A model generated the notes under the pieces. That model was not told where the DNA came from. It did no database searches and saw only the letters and a list, made by a program, of their open reading frames with translations. Made by a program: the position numbers and the translations under genes. Positions 1 to 13,089 of a stretch of DNA of 64,000 nucleotides are shown here, piece after piece. Within the stretch, counting starts at the first letter, position 1. The number at the start of each line of letters is the position of its first letter. The stretch comes from Parasitella parasitica NRRL 2501 (lineage: Eukaryota > Fungi > Mucoromycota), in assembly GCA_025201805.1 (NCBI GenBank), contig MU619377.1, forward strand, positions 16,734 to 80,733. Reading direction: 5' to 3'.

Positions 1-500
1 GGACAAATACGAGCTCTTTAAAGGCCATTATTTGATCATGGATAACGTACCTATTCACAAACATGAAGATATCAGAAATCTGATCCAAGTACGTGGGTAT
101 GGTTGCATTTATTTGCCATCTTACTCCCCTGAGCTAAACCCAATTGAACAATTTTGGTCTGTTTGTAAAAGCAAACTCAAAAGAGAAGCACTCTTGGAAG
201 AAGAAACTTTAACTACACGTATTAGGGATGCTTGTAATAGTGTTCTTTTGAGTGATTTAAAGGGCTTTTGTAAATACTCAGTAGATAAATTTGATGTTTG
301 TCTCGCAAAGAGCCCTCTTTAAGGTGTAATTGATTTGGTACATTTGGGGCATCAGATTTCGTTTGAAATAAATTATTTTTCTTGTCCCATATTTTTTTTT
401 CCAAATGTTTGAATTATTTCATTTTTCCTGTCTGATTTTAAAATTAAATTTTGTCTCTAATTTTTTTTTGTAAGTGTCCCAATAATTTCAGGATTTAGTG
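1..500 (+). mobile_element. Right end of a Tc1/mariner (IS630-Tc1) DNA transposon, truncated by the window start
   Basis: Transposase C-terminus at 32-322. Sequence ending at 500 reads, reverse-complemented, CACTAAATCCTGAAATTATTGGGACA (Tc1-like terminus) and is followed by TA at 501-502. Confidence 0.75.
32..322 (+). CDS. Tc1-like DDE transposase, C-terminal part (5' partial)
   Basis: MDNVPIH...YLPSYSPELNPIEQFW; 34 residues between the second D and the E (DD34E). Confidence 0.9.
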   Translation: MIMDNVPIHKHEDIRNLIQVRGYGCIYLPSYSPELNPIEQFWSVCKSKLKREALLEEETLTTRIRDACNSVLLSDLKGFCKYSVDKFDVCLAKSPL

Positions 501-753
501 TATCATCAACATTTTTGTCGTTTGATGTTGTGTTACTGATGTGGTGTATTTTGCAACAAGTATACGTCACTAGGCGAGTAAGGGCAAAAACGCATTCGTG
601 AACATGTTTGTGCGGTTATTCAAAGAAATTCCCAATTACAATATTGCAGTGAAATGATGAATTGTTTGATTCTCCCTTTTTCTTCTTTCTCTTTCCATTT
701 GACCAAAGGAAAGTGGTTGCTATTGTTCATCCATATCACATACACAAAACCAG

Positions 754-2551
754 ATGCCTAGTATTAGGATCAACGTTAGACCGTCTACAGGTCAGATCTT
801 TCAAGTTGACGTAAACACTGAAAGCACAACTGTTCAGGAGCTCAAGCAATTAATTGGCGAGAAAATGGAAAATACGGATGGCTCTACTTTAAAGCTGGTT
901 TTCTCTGGTAGAATCCTAAAGGACGAGGATCAAGTGAATGATTGCAGTAAAGTATTTCTGATGCGAAAGAAAGAAAAAAAAAAACAGGCCATATGTATAC
1001 TAACATCCTATATCAGAAATTACTGCTGGAAGTACAGTTCACGTTGTTCGTTCAGGTGGTAATAAGGCTCCTTCTGCTGCTGCTGCTGCTGCCACAGCAA
1101 CAACTACTGCTACATCTTCCTCACCAGCCTCCTCATCTACTCGTCAAGCAGCAGATCCAATTCCTCCAATCCCCCCTACGCCTAGCCCTTCTACCTTGAC
1201 AGGTCTCGGTGGCAATCTTTCCTCTGCCTCTCCCTTCGGTGACATGCAAATGCCAAACATGGATCCTGAAGTTATGCGTCAAATGATGGATTCGCCATTC
1301 ATGCAGAATATCATGGGAAATACAGGTTTGATTTTGATTTGTTTGATTTGTTTTGCAAATTTAACGATGCTTACATGTATATAAAAGATTTTGTGCGTTC
1401 CATCATTATGAGCAATCCTCAAATGAAGGCACTCATCGAGCAAAACCCAGAGTTGGGCCATGTAATTAACGATCCTGCCTTTTTAAGACAGTCTATGGAA
1501 ATGATGAGGTACGCACAAGATTGCAGAGAAAACATGCTGCTATTAACCACCGACATTTAGGAATCCTGAATTGATGCGAGAAATGCAGAGAAACAACGAT
1601 CGTGCCTTGTCCAACATTGAAGCAATTCCTGGAGGATTCAACCACCTGCGTCGAATGTACAACACCTTTCAGAGTCCAATGGAATCTGCTATGACTCCTG
1701 GTAGCTCATCTGACGAAGCAAACAATCAACGTTTAGCAAGAGCATTGAATGTTGAAAGTCTACCTGAAAATTCCTTGAACACACAAGCATTGCCTAATCC
1801 CTGGGCAGCACCTGCTAATAACCAAAGTGGCTCCAACAACAGCACAAGTGCTTTCAACAGTAACTCCAACAATGCCGCTGCTGCTACTGCTGCTAATCCA
1901 TTTGCTGCGCTTGGTGGATCTGGTGCTGGCGGCGCTGTAAACCCTTTGACTGGTAAGATTTGACAATGTCTTTTGAAAAGCCTATGATTTGGCTAATGCC
2001 ATCCGTTATTAGCGTTGCTTGGTGGTGCTGGTGGTGGTGCTGGTGGTACTGGTGGATCTATGTTTCCTTTTGGCGGTGAAGCTCAGCAACAGCAACAGCA
2101 ACAGCCACAGCAACCATCAACACAGCAACAACAGACACCATTTTGGGCGGATCCCAACTTTGTCCAAGCTAGCATCAGATTGCAACAAGCCATGATGGCA
2201 GGACAGCAAGCCCAAAATAACAACACCACCAACACCAATACAACTAATACTAACCAGCAACAAAATTTATTACAGCAAATGATGATGGGTTTCCCTGCTG
2301 GTGGATTTGGGTAAGTATCTGAAATGCAGTCTATTGTCGTTGGGTGATGAATCTAACAGGTTTATAGCGGCTTTTCCGACTCACAAACACAACAACCACA
2401 GCAGCCTACTGAACCACCAGAGGTTCGCTACAGAGATCAATTGGCACAACTAGAGGAAATGGGATTCTCAGAAAAGTCATCAAACGTTCGTGCTTTATTA
2501 GCTACGGGAGGGGATGTACAGGCAGCTATTGAATATTTGTTGTCAATGTAG
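754..2551 (+). CDS. DSK2: Ubiquilin/Dsk2 (UBL-STI1-UBA), multi-exon
   Basis: N-terminal UBL ([12 protein letters not shown]; intron 947-1016), STI1 region ([34 protein letters not shown]), C-terminal UBA ([18 protein letters not shown]...[11 protein letters not shown]), TAG 2549-2551. Confidence 0.93.
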
Positions 2552-2736
2552 CAGCCTTGTTTTGATATATAGTATATTATATATATATATTAATCGTAAT
2601 AATAAATACACCATATGTTAATCATTTAGATCAAAAATCAGTATTATAGAGCAGTTAAGAGCATGTTACCATAAACAAAGCATAGTAGTAAAAGTAGTAG
2701 TAAGTATAATCAATAAGCTAGTACGTCAAGCGTAGA

Positions 2737-5700
2737 TTAAGTGGATTTATAAGGGGGATTGACTAATGATACAGAACTTGGGGCCATCTGTTGGGGCAGA
2801 TTCAATTCACTCAACAACGCATTCATTTCATTCGATGGCATAGAAGGAGGGGGAGGAGGAGGCCTTGAATGAGCCGATAAAGAATTGCTTTGAGTTGAGT
2901 CAGTATCTATATCATCATCCACCGCTGTCTGCGCTACTAGGGCTTCTTTCAACGTGGCCACTCGGATACTGCTCCGTTTGTCTTCAATCGATATGGGTGA
3001 ACGCTAGAGTGAAGTATGTCAATTGCCTAATTTACGAAACATACCATGTTTGTAGGCCTACCTCCATTTCTGCATGCTCCCAAGGGCTTGCTAGTCTAAG
3101 CTTATTCTCTGTTGACTCGATCAGAATCCTTGAGCGTATGGTTTGATCGTTTCTCACTAATATTACACTGTTTTAGTTACATACATCAAATTGGGGAGAA
3201 TTGATAGCCAACATACAAAATGCATCCGATCCCCATTTGGCAAATAGCTTGGCCTCCAGATCTAGCCCATAAGTGTCTGTTTCATCCCGTAAATTGCCTT
3301 CCTTTGAAATCAGCTCGACAATTGTACTTCGATGAATCCATGCCGTATTTGCTTTCGTCACTGAATCGTCAACGCTAATAGAAAACAGCTCGGGTTCGTT
3401 GATAGTGTTGTCGACAGACTCTGTCAATAAAAGGTCGTCTGAATGTGTTCCTCTTTTTGCTTTAATGGTGTTGACGTAGTCCAGCAAGGGCTGGATCTTG
3501 TAAAAATCTGCAACCATGGCAAACCAAGAGATCAGGGCAGACTCGATTGCATACTGTCTTGTCTGCAAGGTTATCTCGTCGTCTTGGATACATTGTTGAA
3601 TCTTGAAAATGAGAGGCACAATTAACGTTGTTGCATCAATTCCAAATTTACGGTTGAGGAGGCATAAGTAGGCGTAAAAAAATCTTAAATCGGTAATGTT
3701 GAAATCTGATATCAAAATCCAATCTAGCATAGTGTGAATTAAGCGATCGACGAATATAGTGTCGTGGTATTCAGTCAAGGAGTGTTTGGGATATTTGCTA
3801 TAAAAATCATGTCAGATGTGATCCAATCAAGCAAAATAGAGCCTTACTCTGTTGAGTCAAAAGACACTTTGGATGGGATGTTCTGTAGGAAGCCATACAG
3901 GCATCTAGCAAAAGTCATACGGGTTTTGGAGTTTTTCTCATATAATAGGCCGAGAGCTGGACACCATGCAGCCAGTGGGATCTGTGTGCCTGCGATTCTA
4001 AGTTCTGCTTCGCTTGAATCAGGTGTAATTGCTGATTGGGATCCTTGGACAACGCTATCCAAGCAGCACAAGACAATGGATCGATAATCGTGGATCAACA
4101 TGCCATCTACCTGTTCCAACGAAGTACTGGTTCGCAACTTGGAAGTCAGGTACCCTATCATATCGTTCAATTGGTTGTCATAATAGTTCTGTGTTGCTAA
4201 ACCACCGATAGAATGAACAAGGCCATGTTGTATAAAGTGGGCATGGCTACTCTTCTTTTCCGCATCGTTGATTCCTTGCTCAATTCCATTAGTAACGACA
4301 GCAGATGCATTGAACGAATGATACTGAGTTGTTTTGATAAGGAGAGTAAATAATGCATTCAGTACTTCCAATACAGAGATGCCGACAAGAGGCACATTTG
4401 CATTAAGAATTGAATCGAGTGAGGAAATCAATGCCGCATGTTTATTATCCATAACATTTTGTTCTTGGTTGTTGCCGGCGTCCAATTGTTGCAATAGATC
4501 TGATACTAGCAGATGTCTGTATTGGGGCTGTGGAACCAAGGAGAATGTTTAATAAGGTAAATGAGTGCGTTCTTGATAGCTTTTTTTTTTTTACCTGTAG
4601 AGAATCCAACACTAATTTCATAATTTTTACAGTCAAATGAGGAGGCCACCATTTCTCCTTTTCATCCAAATAGCTAGAAATAGAGTTTTAATCGCTCGTT
4701 TTCAATAAATGTTATCGTACAAAAGCCTACATGAATAGAGGAACAAGAGAAAGCCTGACAGAAGGTCCAGTGACCTTGTTGAATAGGATGGATACTGTAT
4801 GTGCTGCTATTGATTCAATGATTTCAGGGTTAACTCTGTTATTATCCAATGCTGAATCTCGAATATCAACTGTGCCATCGCTGTATAAAAAGATGGTTAC
4901 ATGATAATCCTGTTCTAGATGATACTGCTTGAATTACCTTGTGTTCAGCTCTGCTTTAGCTGGTTTTGAAGCCATAGTAATGATTAAAGGAGGCAGTAAA
5001 ATGCTTAATTGCATTTTAAAATTAGAAGATTGGAGAGCTCCTGACGTTACGGCAGCTTGAACAGCTCGATGGCCGATATAACTCATCCTGTACATGTTAG
5101 TTTTAAATCCCTCACGTCAAATACCAGTCTTTCTTACTTTAATGCAAATGCTTGGTCTTCGTTAGTATAATAATTGCAAAAACTTGAAAATTTGCTTAGC
5201 AGAGATTCATAATCAGTTGTAAAACTTGAGTCCACACCTAGCGTTGTGCCATCATGATAGCTACAAAAAACAATGAACTATAAGCATATCACATTAGCTT
5301 CCAGCAATTTTTGTTTGAATTGTATCAAATTTACAGTTTCACAGCTACGGTCGATGATCTCTAGATCCCTTGTATCGACCAGTAAACTTAATATCTTTAC
5401 AATGTACTTGGAAAATATGTTTAAATCTCGATTGCAGGTCTGAATTAACGCTTTCACAATCTGCAAAGTGACCAAATTATTACTATCCATGACTAAATGT
5501 AAGCAACATTTTCAAACTGAATTGGAAAAGAAAACAAAAACAAAAAAAAAAGGGAAATACATACGATTTTCTTCCCTTTCTTGTATCTTTTTCAGCTTTT
5601 TTTTGTAGAAAAGAGCCGACTTTTGTCAGTTTTGCAGGTCTTGAGCTCGCATAAAAAGTCAAGTAGCTAAGCTCGGAAGAACGAGGTATAGCGCTTCCAT

Positions 5701-5773
5701 CTTTTAATGGCGGATAGCAATTATTGATCAGAGTAGCATGTTTAATGTGAACACAAGGAATACAGTTAACCAT
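2737..5773 (-). CDS. EFR3: EFR3 plasma-membrane PI4-kinase scaffold, multi-exon
   Basis: KHATLINNCYP...SSELSYLTFYASSRPAKLTKVGSFL N-terminus, VPQPQYRH, YYDNQLNDMI, C-terminal TLKEAL and PPY. Confidence 0.9.
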
Positions 5774-6444
5774 TGTTTTTTTGTGGGGAATGATTAGTAT
5801 GTAAGGAAAGGAAAAAGGAGTGCGTAAAGAGTGATGGAAGATGGATTTTCTGAACCAAAAGGGAGGAAGAAAAAGGAAACTGAGCATCATTATTGCACAC
5901 ATTTGTGTGTTTCGGAGTTACCCATCTAACACAACAAAGCACCACTCTCTTTTCATTTGGGATTTCATTAGTCTGCCAGTCAAGAGGTCAATTGATGCAA
6001 ATATGCCGCATAGCAACTAGATGGCAGTGCCTCCCATTAAATTAACAAAAAATCTATTGTTTTTGCCAAATAACTTGGTCTCTAAAGTGCAGCAAATTTG
6101 CTGCCATGTGGAGGACACCAATACTCACCTTTTTTTTTTTTTTTTTTTTTTTTACAAGCACTCATATGCCATGGCCTCAAGAAAAAATCGCCACGATGCT
6201 GGTTTCATTGTATCTATTTTCAGACTGCAATCGATGGTAGAAACCATTGTCTAGCGAAACATGTAAAGCTTCAGTGCCTTGAATCCCAGTTGAGCAAGGC
6301 TTGGGTGACGTAAAGAATCACCAAAAACAAGCAGAATGTTTTTTTTTTTTTGTCAGTCGTCTGGAGATGTCGCGAGGATCAAAGTATGCGGGGGGTGACA
6401 TATTTTTGTTTATTTCAGTCCTTTCTTTATTCATCAAACCCATC

Positions 6445-6886
6445 ATGTCTGTCGAAAACAGAATCTCAAGTGAAGACATTTTAGCACAAAAGGTATATAT
6501 AAATCTCGCAGTTCTAAAGACGTATTAGCATTTTGAAAAGTAACATTCAATTGTGATAGTGGGATCAAACCATCTCTAATTTTGTTGTGAAGACTGGCCT
6601 TGGTTTAAGCGTAGGTATTGTTGCCTCTGCCTTATTATTCAAGAGTAAGTTGGAAGTGTTGAAATCGGCAATGAGTTTGGTTTTCAAACGTTGTTCTTAG
6701 AACGTAGCTGGCCCATTGCTGTCGCCACTGGTTGGGGTTTTGGTGTTGCTTATGCCGATGCTCAAGTAAGATTACAACATTAGCATCTGCAATTCATCAA
6801 TTAACGAATGATTTCGTGTGTAGCGTATTTTCCATCCTTCCAACATTCCAGGCGCCAAGTTTGAGAAAGAGAAGCCTACAGTTTGA
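6445..6886 (+). CDS. MIC10: MICOS subunit Mic10, 4 exons
   Basis: Spliced: MSVENRISSEDILAQK|WDQTISNFVVKTGLGLSVGIVASALLFK|KRSWPIAVATGWGFGVAYADAQ|RIFHP..., glycine-rich TM motifs. Not called intact in the ORF track. Confidence 0.9.
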
Positions 6887-8348
6887 AAGAAAGTTATATC
6901 CATTTGCAGATAGGAGGAAAACCAAGAGAAATGTGAGATTATTATCAAATAGAAGCAAGAAATTCAAATAAAAAAAATATTGCATACTGATGGTTTCAAA
7001 CTTGAGGAATTAAGTATGAACTATCGACTAGTAACAGGATATGTATGGCTGCTAACCCTTCCCACCACCACCACCACCACCACCCAGACATCAAGCTCAT
7101 TTTCGAAATCTTTGTTGCAAAGAAAATTATCGATTCGACAATTGGATCAAGTCTTTAGCCATTCACCACCGAGTAGACAGAGTGATAGTACAACCTCTCA
7201 ATGTTAGCTAGTTTACCTGAGGTTTGGTTTTTGATAGGGATAGATCTCATTTTGCTCAAATGATTGAAAACAAATTATGCGTCAATGACCAATCTTGAGA
7301 CGCTTGCATTAGACGTGTAATCAATCAGGGCGCATAGCATACATCAATCCAACAACTATCATGAAATGAATGAAATAATGTGGTATATAAAGTGTAAGCT
7401 GCAGCTTTTATTCGCAAAACAATGGTCTATAATCAGTAATTAACTTGCTGATTCATGTTATCTCAAGTACGTTACTGGAAGCACCAATGCTTATGTTATC
7501 TGGAGCAGTAACTTTGAAAAGCTGCAGATTATCGCTCAGATGTCTCTTTTTACGCCGCATGCAATCCTCGAACGTTTCTGGAGTAAGCACAAATAAGGTA
7601 TCATATCCATGAATCCATCATTAGCTGCGTACAAGAAAGACGTACTGTAAATGTTCGCATCGCAGGACTGGAATTCACTAAATTTGGTGCTCCCCCATCA
7701 AAAGGAAGACAATTTGGTCACTACCAATGACAGTTTGTGCTGTCGAGGACCTTTGATATCAAATTGCTCCGATCGGCAGATAATGCATTGTCATAGGAAT
7801 ACGGTACAGAAGCTATGTTTGCAGAGAATAGTAACGAAAAAAGTAACTAGACGGTATGCAGAGATGGATAAATGTCAAATATCACATTCACGATTGTGAG
7901 TCTGCTTGGGCACATCGACTCAAGCATGCATTGAGTCGTTCATTATTGAGTTGTGGTTTTTGATCGATCGAACAGGAAATCCATACAATTGTCAATTATT
8001 TGCCTCGAAACATGTAAAGATGTGAGCAATGCCAGATTTTCATTCAAGTTGAATGATCATAAGCATACATTGCGAACTCCTCCATTCAAACTTGCGCGTG
8101 TTACATATTGCTTTCTGCTCAAAACTGATCCAGCATTCAGCAACGAGACGTAATGACCTCATCCTTTTGTCCGCATACCTGTGATTCGAATAAATAACGA
8201 TGAACTGCAAATAAAATCGGTAAAATTCTAACAAGAAAAACTACAAATTAATGCGGGTATCAACTAGCAATATAATCACTTTAACACTGCATGAAGTAGC
8301 AACAAAGATTTACCCATTGATCTCTTTACCCACTAAACTAATACTTGT

Positions 8349-9220
8349 CCTAGTGGATGACCTTCCCCTACTTGATTCAGGTTGATCCATATACTGACTG
8401 GAATATACTTTGTCTTCAATAATAGAGGACGTATATTTTTTTCAACAATCAGTAGTCAAATGTAAGCAACATTTGATCCGGACGAGACCCAAAAGCGCCT
8501 TCTTTTTTTCCCGTGTAGAGAAGCACTGATTGCGTATCAACCAAGTGTACTCTAGTGGATGACCCCTCCTTACTTGATTCAGGTTGATCCATATACTGAC
8601 TGGACTATACTTTGCCTCCTATAATAGAGGACGTATATTTTTCAACAATCAGTAGTCAAATATAAGCAACATTTGATCCGGACGAAACCCAAAAGCGCTT
8701 TCTTTTATCCTAGTAGATGACCTCTCCCTACTTGATTCAGGTTGATCCATATACTGACTGGAATATACTTTTCCTCCTATAATAGAGGACGTATATTTTT
8801 TTCAACAATCAGTAGTCAAATGTAAGCAACATTTGACCGGACGAAACCCAAAAGCACTTTCTTTTTTTTTCCCGTGTAGAGAAGCATTGATTGCGTATCA
8901 ATCAAGTGTCCTCTAGTGGATGACCTCTCCCTACTTGATTCAGGTAGATCCATATACTGACTGGAATATACTTTGTCTTCAATAATAGAGGACGCATATC
9001 TTTCAACGATCAGTAGTCAAATGTAAGCAACATTTGATCCGGACGAGACCCAAAAGCACTTTCTTTTTTTCCCGTGTAGAAAAGCATTGATTGCGTGTCT
9101 TCTGGTGGATGACCCCTCCCTACTTGATTCAGGTTGATCCATACACTGACTGGGATATAATTTGCCTCCTATAATAGACTACGTATATTTTTCAACAATC
9201 AGTAGTCAAATGTAAGCAGC
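8349..9220. repeat. Tandem array of about 4.6 copies of a ~160-200 bp unit
   Basis: Units start near 8349, 8551, 8709, 8912 and 9101 with ctagtggatgacc...tacttgattcaggttgatccatatactgactgg...aacaatcagtagtcaaatgtaagca. Confidence 0.95.
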
Positions 9221-9524
9221 AAGCACGACAACGAAGATTCTATTCAGGAAATTCCCTCAAATTACCCTCACCTATTCAACATAAGATTGCTGATTAGAAT
9301 GATGCTCACAGCAATCGGTTGCACTGGAATGCAATGTCTAGATCGCTGTCTACGTATACGCAATACACATACGTACGGTAGCAAAGAGAGATGAATCTGC
9401 AAGAATAGCCAGTATTAAGCAGCACCGTACATTTTACTGTAACATGAGAAATTTCGTAGATGAGTCCGTAATAGAAAGCTATTCGTGCCTTTTGAGAGTT
9501 GGAATAAAAATAAAATAAAAGATA

Positions 9525-10900
9525 GAATGTCGCGCATCTTTCATTACTATATTCGCAGAAGATGACGCAGGCCAGCCTGCTTTCTGCCGAACGGGCATTC
9601 ACTTTGCTGATGGACAGACATCCGTTCCGGACAACTCTTGCCCTCCTCTCTGCACTTTTCGCTTGACGCATCAGCATGCAATCAATTGGCCATAGCCAAC
9701 TTTTGATAAAGCCGCATGATAAAGGCACAATTTTTCGACTATTGAATGACAATGTCAATGTCAATGAAATACTGCATTCATAAAGCATGGAGCCTTCCCC
9801 TTCCAAAATAACAGAAAATGGCTTGCAAGACTCTCTTTATGCAGTCATTGCTTAAAAACGCACACACACGATCTGTAGATTTTTGCACTTTACATATACT
9901 TTTTGACACGAGGATATGATCAGCAAGGGTAGAGGGAATAGGGACAAACTAGCTATCAGAGTCAACATAACAACTACGAAGCTAGGGGCATTAATCGCAG
10001 AAGATGTACAAAGAACCGCACTACTGGACATACTAGAAATAGTAGCTAGAAACGTAATTGTTGATACCAAGATAGCCGTAAAGAGCAACGAATCAGAGAT
10101 GGCTTCTTATCGCAAAATTACCATGATACTGGATTGCTTGTTGAAGGACTCAAGTATTGACCTTAAGGAGTAAGTAATAAAAAAAAAAAAAAATAGATTC
10201 ATATGATCAGGGTTACTTACTCTTTGAGGAATCAAACATAGCTGTAAAACGACATGCAAAGTAAGCAAATTAATTGCAAAAGATCATGAAAGCATGTACG
10301 GTGACACCATCCCTCCCGGCCGCGGTTTTGGGCGCCGTATTGATCTTTTGCTGTCATCGAAGAATGTTGAGCTGTCAACAAACGAGTGGAAATGCAAGAA
10401 AGTCAGTCCTGATCAATTGATTACACAACAGACCAATAGTATACGAATGAATAAGGCCATCTTGAGCAAGCTCCATCGATTACCATATCAAGAGGGAGAT
10501 TTAGAGAAACTATACACCATAAGCATGGATTGGATTGGTAAGTGGCGTATTGTAAACTATTCGAATGCACATAGAGCTGACACATACATGTCATATATAG
10601 GGCCCAAAGGATATATGTTTGCTGTAAAAAAAGTTGCTGATATCCATGTTGCAGTTCGTTTGAAGACCCTCTTGATGCCAGAGTATTTATTCCAGTTGCC
10701 GGATTTTCCCAACACGCTTGACGCATTGTATTCCTGGAGCTGCCACCAAATACAGCTCGAGGAAATAGTTCTGCCAGCCGCAATTACTGAAGAGCAAACT
10801 GAATTGTTTTCGGCATTATCGATAACAACATAGGCGATGAGAATAACAAAGTAGGTTCTCCCGATGTCTACTTGACCCCCCACAAAGACCAAAAAACAAT
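9525..10900 (+). pseudogene. Decayed intron-containing gene with a PD-(D/E)XK restriction-endonuclease-like C-terminal domain
   Basis: GRRIDLLL...VELSTNEWK...QQTNSIRMNKAIL motif, GT-AG introns near 10170-10241 and 10538-10600, in-frame stops in the upstream part and at 10831. 5' boundary approximate. Confidence 0.55.
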
Positions 10901-11440
10901 CAGTAGTATTAGCAATTAGAAAAAAAACTATAAAAGGTTTAGAGCTTTGTATCACTGACCAATTTGAACACCCTTGTTCTTGAAATCGGGCACCTTCCGA
11001 TTATAAGAAGTGCTCAATAACAATCCTTTGAGAGTTGCTCACTTGAATATAGGGATCCCAACCTTGTTTTGATTCATCGTAATGGGCACCAAAGATAGTG
11101 TTTTAAAAGGAAAAATGGAGCGCCACAGGTTGATGATTGAAGGAACTATGTCGCAAAGAATTGCAGATGCATGTAACTACGTTTGCCTCAGCGATCATAC
11201 GCTTAAAACAAAACATAATGTAGCAGGGTTGATGAGACTTGCTGCTTAATCAAGGAAGAGACAGAAGGGAAATGTGACTCGACACTATGTACACAGAAAT
11301 TACCACAAAGACCGTGTAAAGAAAAGTAGTAAATTAATTTATTATACATGAAAAATGAACTGAAATAGTGTTATGGGATCGAGATAGAAATACAGAGTAA
11401 ATGTAAAGAGCAAGGGGGGGGGGGGGAGAAGGAAAAAGTC

Positions 11441-13089
11441 TTAGGAATCTACGGGAGGATTAACGGAAGCAGCTTCGATACCCTTGGGTGCTTTCTTGCC
11501 CTTCTTTTCGAGTTCTTCGGCAATGTTGATACCGTACCACTTGAGTTGACGTCCTATTTCATCCAGAGACTTTTGCTTTGTCTCTGAAATGAAAATAAAG
11601 ACAAAGATGAAAGCAACCAAAGAAAGGCCTGCAAAAATCAAAAAGACATACGGGCCACAGGCAGCTAGTAAGGTGGGGAAAATGAGACCGATAACAAAGT
11701 TACAGAGCCAGTTGATGGCCAAACAAGCGGACGAAGCAGCACCGACAGCATAAGTGGGGAAAGACTCTCCAGTAATAACAAAGGGAACCATACCAAATCC
11801 AATGGCAAAGAAGGCGACGTAGAGCATAATACAAACAACTTGAAGAGCATCGACATAGAATCTCATAGCGATGGTCATGACAACACACCAAATACACATA
11901 CCGGCAGTGGAGATCAGTAAGAGAGTTTTACGACCAAGACGATCAATGAGACCAAGACCAACACAGGTGATGACGACGTTCAAAGCAGCAACACCAACAG
12001 TAACATACTTGGCATTATCCCCGAAAGAGAGTTCAAAAATGTTGGTAGAATAGTACATGATGGCATTGATACCGGTTAATTGAGAGAGAGCATGGACGAC
12101 GAAAATCTTCATGCAGAGCTTGGCCAGGACGCCGATGGACATGACTTGGAGGATATTGAGTTGGGCTTCAGATTCAAAAATGGCATTGTCGCCTTCAGCC
12201 TTAATAGCAGTGTTGTCGAAACCGTTAGCCGAGTCCTTGTCATTCTCAGGAGCAGGCTTATTGTCTTCAGCACCCTTAGTAAGACCGAGAAGCATATCAG
12301 TGAACTCAGCTTCAACATCACCATTACGAAGCTTGATGAATTCGACACGAGCTTCGTCGATTCTGTTTTGGCCAACCAACCAACGAGGAGATCTGGCGCA
12401 GAAGGGGAGAATAAGCATTTGAGCAATGGTGGGGACAACGGTAATAACAACAATGATACGCCATCCAATGGCAGAGCTCAAACCGAGAGAAATACATTCA
12501 ATGATCAGAATACCAAGAGTTGTGAACAATTGCAAGAGAGAAGTGAGGGCACCACGAAACTTGGGGGGAGAAATTTCAGAGACGTAGATACCGATAACAC
12601 AGGTCATGAAACCAGAGCCAATACCAACAAAAATACGACCGATAGCGAATTGAGCGGAAGAGGTGGCGAGAGAAAGAAGAATGGCACCAATAAAGAAATT
12701 GACATTCATGATAATCATAGAATCACGACGACCGAATTTGTTTGCCATATAGCCATTGGACATGGCGCCGAGAAGACCACCTATAGCAAACATACCATTG
12801 GTGACACCCCTATAAACGTCATTAATATAACTAGACACCTTTTGAGGTTGTTAATAAAAAAAAATAAAAAAAAAACTTACCAAATCCAATCGCTCATAGG
12901 AATACATTGAGGAAGAGGCGAATTGGGATAGTAGGTGACCACACCAGGATTCACATTGGGGCAGTATCTTACATTGTTACCAGGAATGTTTAATGCAGAA
13001 GTATTGAAACCAGAATTGAAAGAACCCAATGATGCAATCATTGCACAGAAGATGACAAAGGGCTTTAAGGAAGATGTCCTTGAATCCAT
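11441..13089 (-). CDS. MFS sugar porter (GLUT/hexose transporter-like), 2 exons
   Basis: FNSGFN, KFGRR, YVSEISPPKFRG, SPRWL, QLTGINAIMYYS, DRLGRK, SETK motifs; many hydrophobic segments. Confidence 0.93.

Noticed and set aside
323-500. Fanzor/TnpB cargo downstream of the Tc1 transposase
   Set aside because: The element ends about 180 bp after the stop, leaving no room for a RuvC ORF on this side.
8349-9220. CRISPR-like array
   Set aside because: Units are homologous along their whole length with no unique spacers; eukaryotic context and no cas genes.
8349-9220. Coding repeat or C/D snoRNA cluster
   Set aside because: Unit lengths are not frame-preserving and contain stops; the C box (GGATGA) is imperfect.
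9306-9806. 166-aa minus-strand ORF
   Set aside because: Non-ATG start, no motif, antisense to the decayed plus-strand gene.
12080-12910. 276-aa plus-strand ORF
   Set aside because: Antisense shadow of the codon-biased sugar porter.
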